From a virus, in IMG/VR virus record IMGVR_UViG_3300033148_002257, positions 6,280 to 70,279 of that record: a stretch of 64,000 nt of DNA; one strand, given 5' to 3'. The notes under the pieces are model-generated. The model saw only the letters and a list, made by a program, of their open reading frames with translations. It did not search any database and had not been told where the DNA came from. The first letter of the stretch is position 1; every line of letters starts with the position of its first letter. Positions 27,082 to 38,351 of this stretch are shown in pieces. The translations under genes and the position numbers were made by a program.

Positions 27082-27390
27082 CTATATACCCCCTAACTCT
27101 TCTGATTTTGGTTTTGTGCTATTAAGGTTACTCAACACTTCTATTCCACATCCAGGACTACAACAGTATATTTCTCTTTGTAACTCTTCTGACACCGTTT
27201 CGTCGTTTGGATATAGGCTAGACAACTTTATCCAACCTTTCATAGTTCTCTTCCTCTGATTCCATAACCCTTTTTTGTTACAACTTTCAGCAGCGCAGGT
27301 AACAACACGCATAGTAGCTTTTCCTTCCGGGATACCTACAGCAGTGGCAACGTCTACTTCGACTTCACTAAACTGTTCTGTTCTTGACAT
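27082..27390 (-). CDS. zinc-binding hypothetical protein
   Basis: CAAESC...CCSPGC; GGAGGT RBS. Confidence 0.55.
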   Translation of the reverse strand: MSRTEQFSEVEVDVATAVGIPEGKATMRVVTCAAESCNKKGLWNQRKRTMKGWIKLSSLYPNDETVSEELQREIYCCSPGCGIEVLSNLNSTKPKSEELGGI

Positions 27391-27409
27391 TCTGGTTCAC
27401 CTCCTTTTC

Positions 27410-30400
27410 TTACCAATGATCATCCGCACCAAGACTGTCAGCCATATACTCGATATGTAACGCTATCAGAAACGCATCGTTATCGTAATCGTCAGATGGG
27501 TTGCTAGCGTTCCGGTATATTCTAAAATGTACTACCATATCCGATTCAATGTTTTCGCCGTCTATAGTTGCTGTTGAACTTTGGATATGTTCTTCTGCAA
27601 TCTCGTTTGTTGGACTTGACATAGTTAATGTAGCATCGGGTGCAGCACCTATATCGTCTCCCTCGTTTGGTTCAGTTACAAGATATTCGAACTTCCATAC
27701 AACTGTACCTTCCCCATCATCGTCTGGTGCCCAATGGACATGAACGTGTAAATCTGTTCCATCTTCATAGTCAGGCGGTACACCCCAATGTCCGTAAAGC
27801 ATCTCGTCGCTGGCTTTGTCAAACGCATAACAACCACTTGTTGTGCTACCGTCTATCAACTCAAAATTAGGATCGTTTGCAGGGCCTTTTATAAGATTTT
27901 CGCTGGGGATCACTGCACGTTGAGTCGGTCGTGCTGTACCTGCAAAAGATATAAAACCGTCTGTAGCGAATGTGGTCTTGTTTGTAGCGTCTCCAATAAC
28001 AGCGCCAGCACTATAAAGTGTATGCCATCTTTTTGCAGCATCGCCTAAATTGTTCTGCACATCAACATAAGGACTAAAGTTGGCTGTTGCGAATTGATAC
28101 TCAACATTCCCACCAACATAGGTATAAATTACTCCTGCCCGAAGTTCAAAGAAATTGTCAACATTTTGGCCAACACGAATGTTACCGCCAGATTCCGTTA
28201 CACCATGATTGGCTGTACCATTAACCAAGAAAGCCGTACCATTAACTGTGCTATCACTTGTAATACTACCATTCGCTTGTAATACACCTGTTGCAGAAAT
28301 AGTTACGCCAGTTGCACCGTATCCGCCACCAATCGAAAGGTCAGCGTTCGCTACCGTTAGTTTATCGGTTGCACCTACTTCTGTAAACACAAGTCGTCCA
28401 CTACCGCTGCTGAGACCTATCCATTTACCAGAAACCATGTCAATGCTATCGTTAAGTTTAAGAAGACCGTCGCTATCAAACTCACCGACAGTATTACCAT
28501 CGTTCACAAAATAGATGGATTTATCGCCATAACCTTCGTCGTCAGCTTCGAGATAAAGGTCTTCAGTCGCTATAAGATGACAATCGCCATCTGTAGTGAT
28601 ATTGTCGCCATTAACTGCAAGGTTACCTGTAATAGTTAAACTGCCAGCGGTAGTTAAAGTTAAAACCGTGTTTGCATTTACGTTATGGTCAGTTGCAATT
28701 TTTAGCGGGTCACCGGACGCGGAATTGTCACAAGCTATACGCCAACGTTGACCGCCAGTAAGAAGAAGGTCTATAGAAGCGTCACCTGTACTATCTTGTT
28801 CAACGACGAGATGGCCTACAGTGGAATCGGCAACGGAATCTGCACGACGAGCAATGATGGCTTTAGCTGACGATCCCGTTGCATCGAAGTATCCGGCTAT
28901 ACCTGAAACGGAAGATCCGAGAATACCGGTGCTTGTATCAGACACCCCACGGACCCCAACAGATGAATCTGAAGAGCCATAGACACCCCACGAGGAAGCA
29001 GACCGTCCATAAACCCCATAGAGTGAACCAGATTGTCCATAGACTCCATAGTTTGAATTAGACCACCCATAAACTCCAATAGATGAATCAGAGATTCCAT
29101 GAACTCCATGTTCTGAATCAGATGTTCCCCAAACTCCATAAGATGAACTGGATCGTCCATAAACTCCTACTCTGCTTGAATCAGCAGAGCCGAAATAACC
29201 TATAACGATATCGCCGCCAACTGTTTTAATTCCAATAGTAGCAATTTCTTCAACAACTCCATCGCCACGATCACCAAAGAAAACGCCTTCACCACGAGCC
29301 ATACTAACTTCAAAATGCTGTTTAGCTTCAGGCGTAACCATACAACCTCGACCGTGAGATGTAAGTGCAAACTCGCCAGCATCAGGAATGCCTTGAAGTT
29401 CTCCGCCTACAATACCAGTATAGGTAAAAGTATCTAACCCGGTTGTAGGATCATGTAGATACGCTTCTTTTGTCTCGCCACTCGACGGTACAGGCCAATC
29501 TGTGGCGTTAGCAACCACCATTTCCGTATCGCCTGCATTGACATTATTTACGTTCCAGGAACCGAAAGTTGTAATGCTACCTACAGAAGCTACCCCTGAG
29601 ATAAGATGTTCTGTTTTAACCGTTTCAGCCTGAATCATACCGCCATGGATAATACGAGATGCCAGACGTAACGAGTATTGTCCGTCGTCGTTAATAGCAA
29701 TAAGCCATATGTCAGGGTCTCCTATAAACTGGTTCTGGTTGTTAGTAGTGTCAAACTCGTCAGTATCATCGTTCGGAGACCAGAACACATATTTGTCGTT
29801 TGTATTATCCGCATATATATCTCCATGAACATGGTTTCCACCACTATCTACATATTCGACCGTACAAGCGTCCCACGAAATATAGCCAGAAGATGGAGTA
29901 TCGTGATGAAACACGAGACCATCAAATGTCGGAATGCCAAACGCAGTATCCGAAGCGTCAATATAGGGGACTACGGCATGGAATGTACCAGAATCTTGGG
30001 TTGAAAGACGAAACATGTCACGCGCATATACTTTAACGTAAAGATCATCTCCACCAGCGAGTGATGTAAAAGTATGTGTTGTTGTTTCTACATAATAATG
30101 AGCCGTAGGAGGATCAGTTGATCCATACCAAATTTCGTACCCGACTATATCTGGATGCTCACTATGTGGTTCGGGCGGGTCCCATACAACTCGAACCCCT
30201 TGCGGAATTCCAGCCATAGATCTCATCGTAGGTGCAGTCGGTTCAGGATTCGTCAACGTCACCGTATCATAATTTTCCGACCATAACCCGCTACGATTAC
30301 GCGCTTTAATATAATACGTATGTTCGTAAGTGTCAGGATAATGGATACATTTCGTTGCCAGACCCCGGTATATTAAATGTTCGTCATCGTCACCCCAAGT

Positions 30401-33400
30401 TGACCCGCTACTAACCTCGTCCCGCACTTCATACCACGCTAAATCCTTGTTACTATCAGGATCAACCGGATGCCATACAAGTTCTGCAAATATATCATAA
30501 AACTGGCATTTTTCGTTGTCACCAGACGCGGTATGGTCAAAAGACACGTCACTTGGCGGGTTTGGCGGGCCTTCTACAGTAACATTATACGCTGTTAGTG
30601 TTGATAAAGGTTCTTCTGTACTGTCATCATTAACAGACGCAACTTTAACATATACGATCTGTTCTGCAACAAACCCATACGATGTACCTTCTAAAATTGC
30701 AGGCGACTTTTTGGCTATAAAAGGATTAGTAATATCGTAACTTCCATCTCCAGGCACATCGTCACCGCTATCTATAACCGCTACATATATCGCCACATGG
30801 TTCCAATGAATACTTTCTGGCGGAGTAAACCCTACAGCTACATAAGGTCGCCATGTCCCGTCGTTATCTATATTTCCGCCACTAGCCAAAGCGATGTTCG
30901 TACATGGCGACACGTCAGACGGATGAGGTAAATATGTATAATCTTTCGGCGGCACAACTATACCGCTATCGTCATATATTTCAGCGTTATACTCCGTACC
31001 AACAATTTCAACTTCAAGGTTAGTGTGCCGCCGAAGACTTAAACATCGAAACTTTTTAGTTACAACGTTGCCATGTTCTTCTGTATCGTTGTACCCTATA
31101 GCAAACAGGTCATAATCGGCAGGTACAGGGTCAGGAGTAACCCCGTTACCAAAATAGATATGGTCGCCGGCATCTGAATTAGCAACAATGTTTCCTGCCA
31201 ACGCATATGTAGTAACGTCACCGTTAGTTGTTCTAACAGCTATTGCCAGTTTACCTAAAGCTACATAACACGGTGCTCCCGGCGAAGCGTTATGGTCGTC
31301 TAAAGCATATTCGTTACCGCTATCAGTAGGTATTCCTGTCAACGTGTTACCCGATATACCTGTATACGAAAACACGTCTAACACGCCAGTCTGGTCATAT
31401 AACCACCCGTATCCACCGTCATCGTCAAAATCAGATGAATCAGTTACGTCAAGTGTAGACTGTAACGCGGTTACGTTGCTGGTAACAGTTGACCCTTCAA
31501 CAGGTACATTTTCGTATAACGTTACATACGGCCATCCAGCATCTGTACCGTACCCTGAAATTCTGCCGCTATGTAAACTCCATTGCGGTACATCATACGA
31601 AAAGTCGAACACGTCTCCCGGTAACACAGCTACAGCGTCTGTAGCCGCTCGAAACCCAATAACTCGTGGCGAATATTTGTCTATATTAATAAGATATCGT
31701 GCTAACCGAATCGCTTGACTTTCTCGTGTAACTCCTAACGCCTGGATAGTAGCTTCTCGTATAGGATCGCCATCGGTTTCTATACTTTCAGCGTCCTGTA
31801 CCATAACAACGTCACGTTCGTACATGTTATCTCTGTCATGATACTCGATCCGATATAAGTTTTTTGTATCTTTTATTGACCGAAACTGTTCTGTAAACGA
31901 TTCAGGAATAATGTTACCCATTCCGAACATTTGGGTAGAAGATGTAGGTTTGTCAATAACAAGGTTTACATTGTCGCCAGACCAGAACGGCCAACAGTTA
32001 AACGATGCACATAGTTTATTAACTATATCAGCAGCAGGTTGTTGAACGTCTATTACAGCGTCAAGTTCATACCTTTTTTCCGTTTCACCCGAATCCAATA
32101 CTTTAGTTATATATTCGTCACAATAATCAGCTTCAGACACCAAATCCGGTAAAGTAACATTGTCAACAGTAACATAATCACCTAACCCGTAACGAGTGTT
32201 AGTAAGAAAATCATAAACACACCATATTGGATTGTTACTATATTGTACTGACGTATCGCCAGACGAGTTTTGTGTATAGACTTTTAACCCTTCAACTTCA
32301 ACAGAAACGTTCGGAACGTTACCGTTAAGCTGTTCAGACGCTAGAAGTTTAAGACCAAGAAGCGCAGTATACGGATACGTAAACCCTGTCGTATTGTTCG
32401 TGTCGCCAGTATCAGAATACGTTATTTCGTCTACACTATCCAGATATAAGTTACGATACTCGTTATTTTCTTCTTCGTTATCTTCACAACCTTTAATAAT
32501 ACGGACTTCATATTTACCAGCGTCTAACCCTTTAATTACTATCGTTCGACGTAACGAAACTTTACTCTTTTTTCGCGGAAACAGTTCACATGCAGGGACA
32601 ACTAAATGTCGATGCGATCCCGATGCATGCGTTTCAAGATCAAGATCGTTAGGATCAGATGCAGGGATACCTTTTAACTTATATGGAAGTTGCGGATACT
32701 TTTCCCAATACTCAACAGTATCATACGTAAACGCATCACTTTCACGAGTATCATAGTCCATAACAGACGCAACAGTAGTCAACCCTTCTTTGGTATACCC
32801 ATCGCCATGAAACGCTTTACTTCCTCTAGCAGACAGTTCAATCTCCGTATCGCCAGCAGTTGTATATTCAACTTTACCCCATCGACCAAGATTTTTAGGG
32901 CTAGACTCGTCTTCGTTAAGAAAATGTCGTTTCCACGGTTCGCCAGATATATCTGCTTTCCGATATTCTACCAACAACGTAACCGGACCTTGAGGGTGTT
33001 CTGTTGAACCTATTCGAATTAAAGTAGGACACCGGAAATGTAACTGAATCTCATTTACATTTTCCCCTGTAGTAGTATACGTATATGGTGATTCATGTAT
33101 CAGTTGCCAATTAACAGGAACCAAATTATGAGTACGTTCAAACCCTGGTATAACAGTCTGGTCATGAGTACCAGTACGAGTATATACTTTACATCCTGGA
33201 AAATTATTAATCGCAGAACCGTTTATAAGAATCTTTTCGCCAATAGCGTTTAACCGTTCCTGTTGTTCAGACGTATCACCGTCAAGATCGCTAGGTTCAG
33301 GAAAATCCGTATGACCAGTCAACCCTGCAATAGACTCTACTTCACCTTCACACAAAGCAAGTAACATGTTAAGATAGTTTTTATTGTCTTCCGTCTCGAT

Positions 33401-33958
33401 AAACATGTTAACGATGTTACCGCCAACACGATTTTTACCATAAACTACAGGAACTGCACCGTAAGGAGTAGCTGTAGTTTTTATGTTATCCCATCCGTAA
33501 GTAGGCGATTCAGACGAAAATGTAGGGGGTTTATAGGTCATAGCAGAATAAATGCTATAACCTACTGAAAAAAGGCTCATTGCAGCAAATAGCGTAGCAC
33601 CCCACATCATTTCCCCGCCAGCAGCCGCAACAGCACCCCAAGTTGCAAACCCTTCTGAAACAACACCTGGACCTGAAACCCAAACAGGAAAAAGAGATAC
33701 AAGAAAAGAAATAGGGTCAGCAGCTTTTTGGATAATTATAATTTCGTCGTCTGGCAGAACTTCTACAACAGACCAGTTCTCGTAGTCTACACTACCATAC
33801 CGGTTATGAATAACCCGCCATTCGTCGTTCCGACACTTTTTAGGTATATACCGGTACAATTCCGACGAACGCCAAACTCTCCGTCGTTCCCAACGCCCTT
33901 GTTTGGTCATTATGTCAGGAATATATCTTACCGTGACTTTATTGTCGTTTTGTGCCAT
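27410..33958 (-). CDS. tail tip / host-specificity protein (lambda I+J-like fusion) with FN3 and fiber-like C-terminal regions
   Basis: SPTYGW, VPVVYG, LALCEGEV, YPYTALL, SNNPIWCVYDFLTNTRYGLG, GVTRESQAIR; GVYG repeats. Confidence 0.9.
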   Translation of the reverse strand: MAQNDNKVTVRYIPDIMTKQGRWERRRVWRSSELYRYIPKKCRNDEWRVIHNRYGSVDYENWSVVEVLPDDEIIIIQKAADPISFLVSLFPVWVSGPGVVSEGFATWGAVAAAGGEMMWGATLFAAMSLFSVGYSIYSAMTYKPPTFSSESPTYGWDNIKTTATPYGAVPVVYGKNRVGGNIVNMFIETEDNKNYLNMLLALCEGEVESIAGLTGHTDFPEPSDLDGDTSEQQERLNAIGEKILINGSAINNFPGCKVYTRTGTHDQTVIPGFERTHNLVPVNWQLIHESPYTYTTTGENVNEIQLHFRCPTLIRIGSTEHPQGPVTLLVEYRKADISGEPWKRHFLNEDESSPKNLGRWGKVEYTTAGDTEIELSARGSKAFHGDGYTKEGLTTVASVMDYDTRESDAFTYDTVEYWEKYPQLPYKLKGIPASDPNDLDLETHASGSHRHLVVPACELFPRKKSKVSLRRTIVIKGLDAGKYEVRIIKGCEDNEEENNEYRNLYLDSVDEITYSDTGDTNNTTGFTYPYTALLGLKLLASEQLNGNVPNVSVEVEGLKVYTQNSSGDTSVQYSNNPIWCVYDFLTNTRYGLGDYVTVDNVTLPDLVSEADYCDEYITKVLDSGETEKRYELDAVIDVQQPAADIVNKLCASFNCWPFWSGDNVNLVIDKPTSSTQMFGMGNIIPESFTEQFRSIKDTKNLYRIEYHDRDNMYERDVVMVQDAESIETDGDPIREATIQALGVTRESQAIRLARYLINIDKYSPRVIGFRAATDAVAVLPGDVFDFSYDVPQWSLHSGRISGYGTDAGWPYVTLYENVPVEGSTVTSNVTALQSTLDVTDSSDFDDDGGYGWLYDQTGVLDVFSYTGISGNTLTGIPTDSGNEYALDDHNASPGAPCYVALGKLAIAVRTTNGDVTTYALAGNIVANSDAGDHIYFGNGVTPDPVPADYDLFAIGYNDTEEHGNVVTKKFRCLSLRRHTNLEVEIVGTEYNAEIYDDSGIVVPPKDYTYLPHPSDVSPCTNIALASGGNIDNDGTWRPYVAVGFTPPESIHWNHVAIYVAVIDSGDDVPGDGSYDITNPFIAKKSPAILEGTSYGFVAEQIVYVKVASVNDDSTEEPLSTLTAYNVTVEGPPNPPSDVSFDHTASGDNEKCQFYDIFAELVWHPVDPDSNKDLAWYEVRDEVSSGSTWGDDDEHLIYRGLATKCIHYPDTYEHTYYIKARNRSGLWSENYDTVTLTNPEPTAPTMRSMAGIPQGVRVVWDPPEPHSEHPDIVGYEIWYGSTDPPTAHYYVETTTHTFTSLAGGDDLYVKVYARDMFRLSTQDSGTFHAVVPYIDASDTAFGIPTFDGLVFHHDTPSSGYISWDACTVEYVDSGGNHVHGDIYADNTNDKYVFWSPNDDTDEFDTTNNQNQFIGDPDIWLIAINDDGQYSLRLASRIIHGGMIQAETVKTEHLISGVASVGSITTFGSWNVNNVNAGDTEMVVANATDWPVPSSGETKEAYLHDPTTGLDTFTYTGIVGGELQGIPDAGEFALTSHGRGCMVTPEAKQHFEVSMARGEGVFFGDRGDGVVEEIATIGIKTVGGDIVIGYFGSADSSRVGVYGRSSSSYGVWGTSDSEHGVHGISDSSIGVYGWSNSNYGVYGQSGSLYGVYGRSASSWGVYGSSDSSVGVRGVSDTSTGILGSSVSGIAGYFDATGSSAKAIIARRADSVADSTVGHLVVEQDSTGDASIDLLLTGGQRWRIACDNSASGDPLKIATDHNVNANTVLTLTTAGSLTITGNLAVNGDNITTDGDCHLIATEDLYLEADDEGYGDKSIYFVNDGNTVGEFDSDGLLKLNDSIDMVSGKWIGLSSGSGRLVFTEVGATDKLTVANADLSIGGGYGATGVTISATGVLQANGSITSDSTVNGTAFLVNGTANHGVTESGGNIRVGQNVDNFFELRAGVIYTYVGGNVEYQFATANFSPYVDVQNNLGDAAKRWHTLYSAGAVIGDATNKTTFATDGFISFAGTARPTQRAVIPSENLIKGPANDPNFELIDGSTTSGCYAFDKASDEMLYGHWGVPPDYEDGTDLHVHVHWAPDDDGEGTVVWKFEYLVTEPNEGDDIGAAPDATLTMSSPTNEIAEEHIQSSTATIDGENIESDMVVHFRIYRNASNPSDDYDNDAFLIALHIEYMADSLGADDHW
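28880..29200 (-). repeat. 11-aa (33-nt) GVYGxSxSxx repeats in the tail tip protein
   Basis: About 9 units such as GVYGRSSSSY, GVWGTSDSEH, GVHGISDSSI. Confidence 0.85.
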
Positions 33959-34340
33959 TAAACCTATAAAACCCTTTTATTTTTCTACAAAACGGTTGCG
34001 CTGTAAGTTTAGTCGTAATAACTCCCATAGGTCGAGTACAATGTAAAAATCTGTTAGAATCAAGCATAAACCCTATATGAACCGACGACCCTAAAACAGC
34101 GTTAAACACGACAAGATCGCCAAACTGAACGTCTTTACGAGAGACAGGAGAAACATGTTCATGAAAATGTTCTATAAACACAGATTCAGTTTTGTTGTCA
34201 TATTCGTAGTCTGGAAGATCGTATCCTATATCTTTACAAACAACACGAACCAGACCATAACAGTCTAACCCCGTTTTTGGATCACGACCGCCATCTACAA
34301 ACGGACATCCGATATATTTTTCTGCTATCCCGTTGTTCAT
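33939..34340 (-). CDS. NlpC/P60 tail assembly protein (lambda K-like)
   Basis: GGRD..GLDCYGLV, HIG, FLH. Confidence 0.85.
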   Translation of the reverse strand: MNNGIAEKYIGCPFVDGGRDPKTGLDCYGLVRVVCKDIGYDLPDYEYDNKTESVFIEHFHEHVSPVSRKDVQFGDLVVFNAVLGSSVHIGFMLDSNRFLHCTRPMGVITTKLTAQPFCRKIKGFYRFNGTKRQ

Positions 34341-35029
34341 TATATAACCACTAACCTTCGTGCAGGAACTGAAGGGAACCCGCCAAACCGAGTAGAGTTA
34401 TGGTGTCGTCTACAGTCTGTAAGCGTTTTATCACATTCGTCGCCGCCGGACGGGTCTGCATCAAAACCGTCTGGCTCTTCATAGTCTACTGAACCCGTAC
34501 CTTCTTTCCAACATCCTCGACCTTTATATATCCACGGACAATGGTTACGAGAATACAGACGTCGCGGCAGTCTAATCTGTAAAATGTCTAGTTTACCTGT
34601 AAGATGAAAATCTATCGTCCGTCCGCCATCTTTAACCTGCGGATAATCTATCCAGTATTCATCTTCAATATAAGTATACGGATCGTCCAGATGGTCATAC
34701 CAAACCTGTCGAATTGTAACCTTTTTGCCACGTAACCCGTCGTGATATTCAAGATAAGATTGTATCGATCTGTTTACATTAGATACAGTTATAACAAGTT
34801 CAGCAATCTCGCTGTCACGACTTTGTGAAATGCTTTGATGAGTTATATCAAAAGCAGTATACGTTTGAGGAGTAGAATCATCTTTATAAAAATCAACGTC
34901 TTCGTCATATTCAGCTAAAAACAAGTCGTTTACACGATCGTCCGTTGTCTCGATTCTATATAACCAGATAGGTTTGTTAGTCTCTTTATTCTTTTCAGCC
35001 TCAAAATCCGAAGTTATTGTTCGTGGCAT
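34340..35029 (-). CDS. minor tail protein (lambda L-like)
   Basis: CPWIYKGRGC...CDKTLTDC...RFGGFP. Confidence 0.85.
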   Translation of the reverse strand: MPRTITSDFEAEKNKETNKPIWLYRIETTDDRVNDLFLAEYDEDVDFYKDDSTPQTYTAFDITHQSISQSRDSEIAELVITVSNVNRSIQSYLEYHDGLRGKKVTIRQVWYDHLDDPYTYIEDEYWIDYPQVKDGGRTIDFHLTGKLDILQIRLPRRLYSRNHCPWIYKGRGCWKEGTGSVDYEEPDGFDADPSGGDECDKTLTDCRRHHNSTRFGGFPSVPARRLVVI

Positions 35030-35035
35030 TAGATT

Positions 35036-35377
35036 TTATTCCTCAGGATAATCTAAAATAACAAGATCGTATACACATTTAAACACACCTCGCGCGTATC
35101 TGGTTCTGATCGGACTGTTAAACCGTACTGTATAAGTCACATCGTCAAACGGACTTGTATAATCAAACGAGTTTAGTTTTCCAACACGTGCAATTAAAAA
35201 GTCTCGATACGCCTGCATATCAGTTTTAGTTGCAAACGGAGTTTCTACATGGAACCCTATTAACCTTTTCTGTCGAGTTGCCCGTCGCTGTTCAGACTCA
35301 TTAGCAAAACGTGAAACTAGTACAGGATAATCTAATATCTCTTCTACTACCTGTTCTTTTAGATTTAACGTTGCCAT
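35036..35377 (-). CDS. distal tail protein (lambda M-like)
   Basis: EQRR, FL.AR.G...F...VRF; directly after the tape measure gene. Confidence 0.7.
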   Translation of the reverse strand: MATLNLKEQVVEEILDYPVLVSRFANESEQRRATRQKRLIGFHVETPFATKTDMQAYRDFLIARVGKLNSFDYTSPFDDVTYTVRFNSPIRTRYARGVFKCVYDLVILDYPEE

Positions 35378-35378
35378 A

Positions 35379-38351
35379 TTATGCCCCTACCAAAACTCTA
35401 CGGATCGCACCGTTTCTTAACATATTAGCTGTAACATGGTTTATAACAAGGTTCTCGCCTATTGGCCCCGAAAGTGCAGAAGCTAAAGCGTCTGGCGACA
35501 GAACAGTTATAAGATTGATTTCTTGACCTTTACCCTTTTCCGACGCTTCGCTGCTAGTTACACCAGCGGGTTTTACACTTTCACCACGATGTAACCAATG
35601 TAACCCTTCACGCGGTACATAATCTGTACCACCTTGTTTTTCAGGGAACAATCCCGGAAACGCAACTTTCAAACCTTTCATAACCCATAAAGTCGCTATT
35701 TGCGAAGCTACAGTTGACATAACGTCCATTAACATGTCGCCAAACCCGCGAAACAGGTCTTGTAACGAATGTATCTCGCCACGTAATACGTCCGAAAAGA
35801 ATGTTTTAAACGAGTCTGCCATTCCACGCCATAGTCCTGTCATAAACTCGTCAAGAGGATCAAACTCACGCATCAAAGTTTGAATCATAGACTTTGCCTC
35901 TTTCCCTATTACTTCACGCTCTATCATTCCACGAGATTCCATATATTTTCTAAGTCCTGGCGCTCGTTCTATTTTGCCTAAAGCGCCAAGAGAAAATTCA
36001 AAACCAAATGTAGGCATTTTAATGTCAAGTCCAAGTGACCGCCGTCTACGTTCTTCAGCTTGGTCTCGCTGTTCATTTAACGCTTTTAACGCATCAACAG
36101 CTTTCCAATATACTCTTGTCCCATACTCTTCAACACGTATAACTTCTCGAAGTGCATCAGCTTGTTTTTCTAACACATCTTCTGTTGTAATACCAGCCTG
36201 CTCATATATGGTCTCAACTTCCTCTACTTTATCACCAAGTTTAGCAAGAGCGTCATCCATCTTTTTTTGCCAATTTCGTAACGCTCTAGGATCGCCAAGT
36301 TTAACAATTTGTTCTTCTAGCGATTTCAACTCTTTAATCGCTTTCCAAATATCTTCAGTCGTTTCAATACCTAACTCTTTTAATCGCTTCCGAAGTTTCT
36401 CTACCTCGTCAACCGTCATCTGAGTACTTTCTTTTATAGAATCCATCTGTTGTTTAACTTCTACTGGTCCTGTTATCCCTAACAAAGTTTCAAAAGGAGA
36501 GGTACTACGAAAAGTCTCCGTTGCCTGCTTTTGTGTCTGCATAGTCTGTATAATTTTACTATATACATTATCCAACTCCGAAACTTTATTTTTTGCCCGT
36601 TCTATTGTAACGATTTGTTCATCTAAAGATGATTTAGAATCATCTATAGTTGCCTTGAAAGCCTTTAACGCCAAATCTGCATTTTTAAGATGATCATTAA
36701 CTTCCTTCCATTTACCAACCAATACAAACGCTGCCCCGCCAAGCAAACCAACAACCCCAAGCACTCTTAAAATCTTAGTTACCAAGAAACCAAACGCTTT
36801 TCCTGTCGCTATAGATACAAGAGCAAGATCGCCAATTACTTTCAAAGCAGTACCCATTGTTATAATAGATACGCCTATTGTTAAAACGCCACCAGCAACA
36901 AATGTTCTAAACATTTCCCATTTCTCATTTGCTTCAATAAGACGTTCAGTCATTAGCTGCAACTTCTCGTTTACTGCTGCTATACCAGGAACCAAACCTT
37001 CACCAAATTCTCGCACTAAATCTAAAACAATTTGTTTAGTTCTTCCCAATTGCTCGTTTAATCCAACCATTTGTCGCTGAACCATTTTATCAACTATATC
37101 AGTTGCATTAGCAATCCATTCTGTATACCGTTTTAAGGCTTCCGTACCTTTATTAAATATCGCTACCTGTCCAGTAAGAGCACGTACACCGAATATAGCT
37201 TTAAACGCGAGGTTTTTTTCTTCTTCAGACGCATTAACAAGCGCATCACTTAATTCGCCAAGAATTTGAATAAACGGTTTCATTCGACCAGTAGCATCAT
37301 ACGCTGTTATATTATACTGTTTCATAATTTTAGCAGCTTCTGAAGTTGGCGCAGCAAGGTTGAGTAACGCACGACGCATAGCTACACCTGCACGCGATCC
37401 CTTAAACCCCACATCCGCCATAGTCGCAAGTGCAGCTATAATTTCTGCAAGACTACTATGCATAACATGCGCTTGACCAGAAACGTAACTTAACGCTTCT
37501 GTTAAATCTTTCATCTCTTGTACAGATGTTGCAAACCCCATAGCCATCTGATTAACTACAGATTCAGTTTTTTCAAATGGTATATGGAACCCACGCATAA
37601 CGTTAATAACAGATTTAGCCGTCTCGTTAATTTCCTGTAACCCGCCTTTAGCAAGCATAGCAATATGAGGAAACGCTTGCATCTGTTCTGTAACCGTTAA
37701 ACCAGCATAACCAAGCTGCCGATAACCTTCAGCCAATTCAACCGCGCTTATGTTAAGCTGTTTAGACGTTGCCCGTACAGAATCGCGCATTTTATTAAAT
37801 TCAAATACAGTTGCGTTTGTTGCAGATGTAGCTTTTCGCATAGCTTGGTCTAAATCGCCAAACGCTTTAACAGCAAACCCCATAGACGCAGTTATAGCAG
37901 TGCCAACAATCATCATTTGTCGGCCAACACGTTTAGCCATTGTCGCCGTTCGTCGTATTTGCTGTTCTCGTTCACGATCAAGTCGTTGTAAAGCTGCTTG
38001 TTCAGCTTTTATAGCTCTAGCACGTTCACGAACAGCTTTTTCATGTTCACGGGCAAGTTCTTTAACTCGACGACTTTCCTCTTTTATAGCTCTTTCGCGT
38101 TCACGAGCAAGTTCTTTTGTCTGTTGACTTGCTAAACGTGCGTTTCTAGTTCTAAGCCGGTTCATCAGAGTTAAACCTTGTCTAACTCTTGCACGAGAAA
38201 CATCGTCAGCTTTATACCAACGCTGTGCATGTTCACTAAGCTCAGCATACATACGTTGGGAATCATGTTTAATTTTAGATATTTGTGTGTCCCAATGGGT
38301 CGTATCTAACCGCATACTAGCTTTAATAGAACCAACATCCAAACCAGCCAT
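35379..38351 (-). CDS. tail tape measure protein
   Basis: 990 aa, helical, TP901-family core (ADVGFKGSRAGVAMRRALLNL), C-terminal LHRGESV. Confidence 0.92.
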   Translation of the reverse strand: MAGLDVGSIKASMRLDTTHWDTQISKIKHDSQRMYAELSEHAQRWYKADDVSRARVRQGLTLMNRLRTRNARLASQQTKELARERERAIKEESRRVKELAREHEKAVRERARAIKAEQAALQRLDREREQQIRRTATMAKRVGRQMMIVGTAITASMGFAVKAFGDLDQAMRKATSATNATVFEFNKMRDSVRATSKQLNISAVELAEGYRQLGYAGLTVTEQMQAFPHIAMLAKGGLQEINETAKSVINVMRGFHIPFEKTESVVNQMAMGFATSVQEMKDLTEALSYVSGQAHVMHSSLAEIIAALATMADVGFKGSRAGVAMRRALLNLAAPTSEAAKIMKQYNITAYDATGRMKPFIQILGELSDALVNASEEEKNLAFKAIFGVRALTGQVAIFNKGTEALKRYTEWIANATDIVDKMVQRQMVGLNEQLGRTKQIVLDLVREFGEGLVPGIAAVNEKLQLMTERLIEANEKWEMFRTFVAGGVLTIGVSIITMGTALKVIGDLALVSIATGKAFGFLVTKILRVLGVVGLLGGAAFVLVGKWKEVNDHLKNADLALKAFKATIDDSKSSLDEQIVTIERAKNKVSELDNVYSKIIQTMQTQKQATETFRSTSPFETLLGITGPVEVKQQMDSIKESTQMTVDEVEKLRKRLKELGIETTEDIWKAIKELKSLEEQIVKLGDPRALRNWQKKMDDALAKLGDKVEEVETIYEQAGITTEDVLEKQADALREVIRVEEYGTRVYWKAVDALKALNEQRDQAEERRRRSLGLDIKMPTFGFEFSLGALGKIERAPGLRKYMESRGMIEREVIGKEAKSMIQTLMREFDPLDEFMTGLWRGMADSFKTFFSDVLRGEIHSLQDLFRGFGDMLMDVMSTVASQIATLWVMKGLKVAFPGLFPEKQGGTDYVPREGLHWLHRGESVKPAGVTSSEASEKGKGQEINLITVLSPDALASALSGPIGENLVINHVTANMLRNGAIRRVLVGA

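Noticed and set aside
27410-29200. Diversity-generating retroelement target in the tail fiber
   Set aside because: No reverse transcriptase, and I saw no TR/VR pair differing at adenines; the GVYG repeats are ordinary coding repeats
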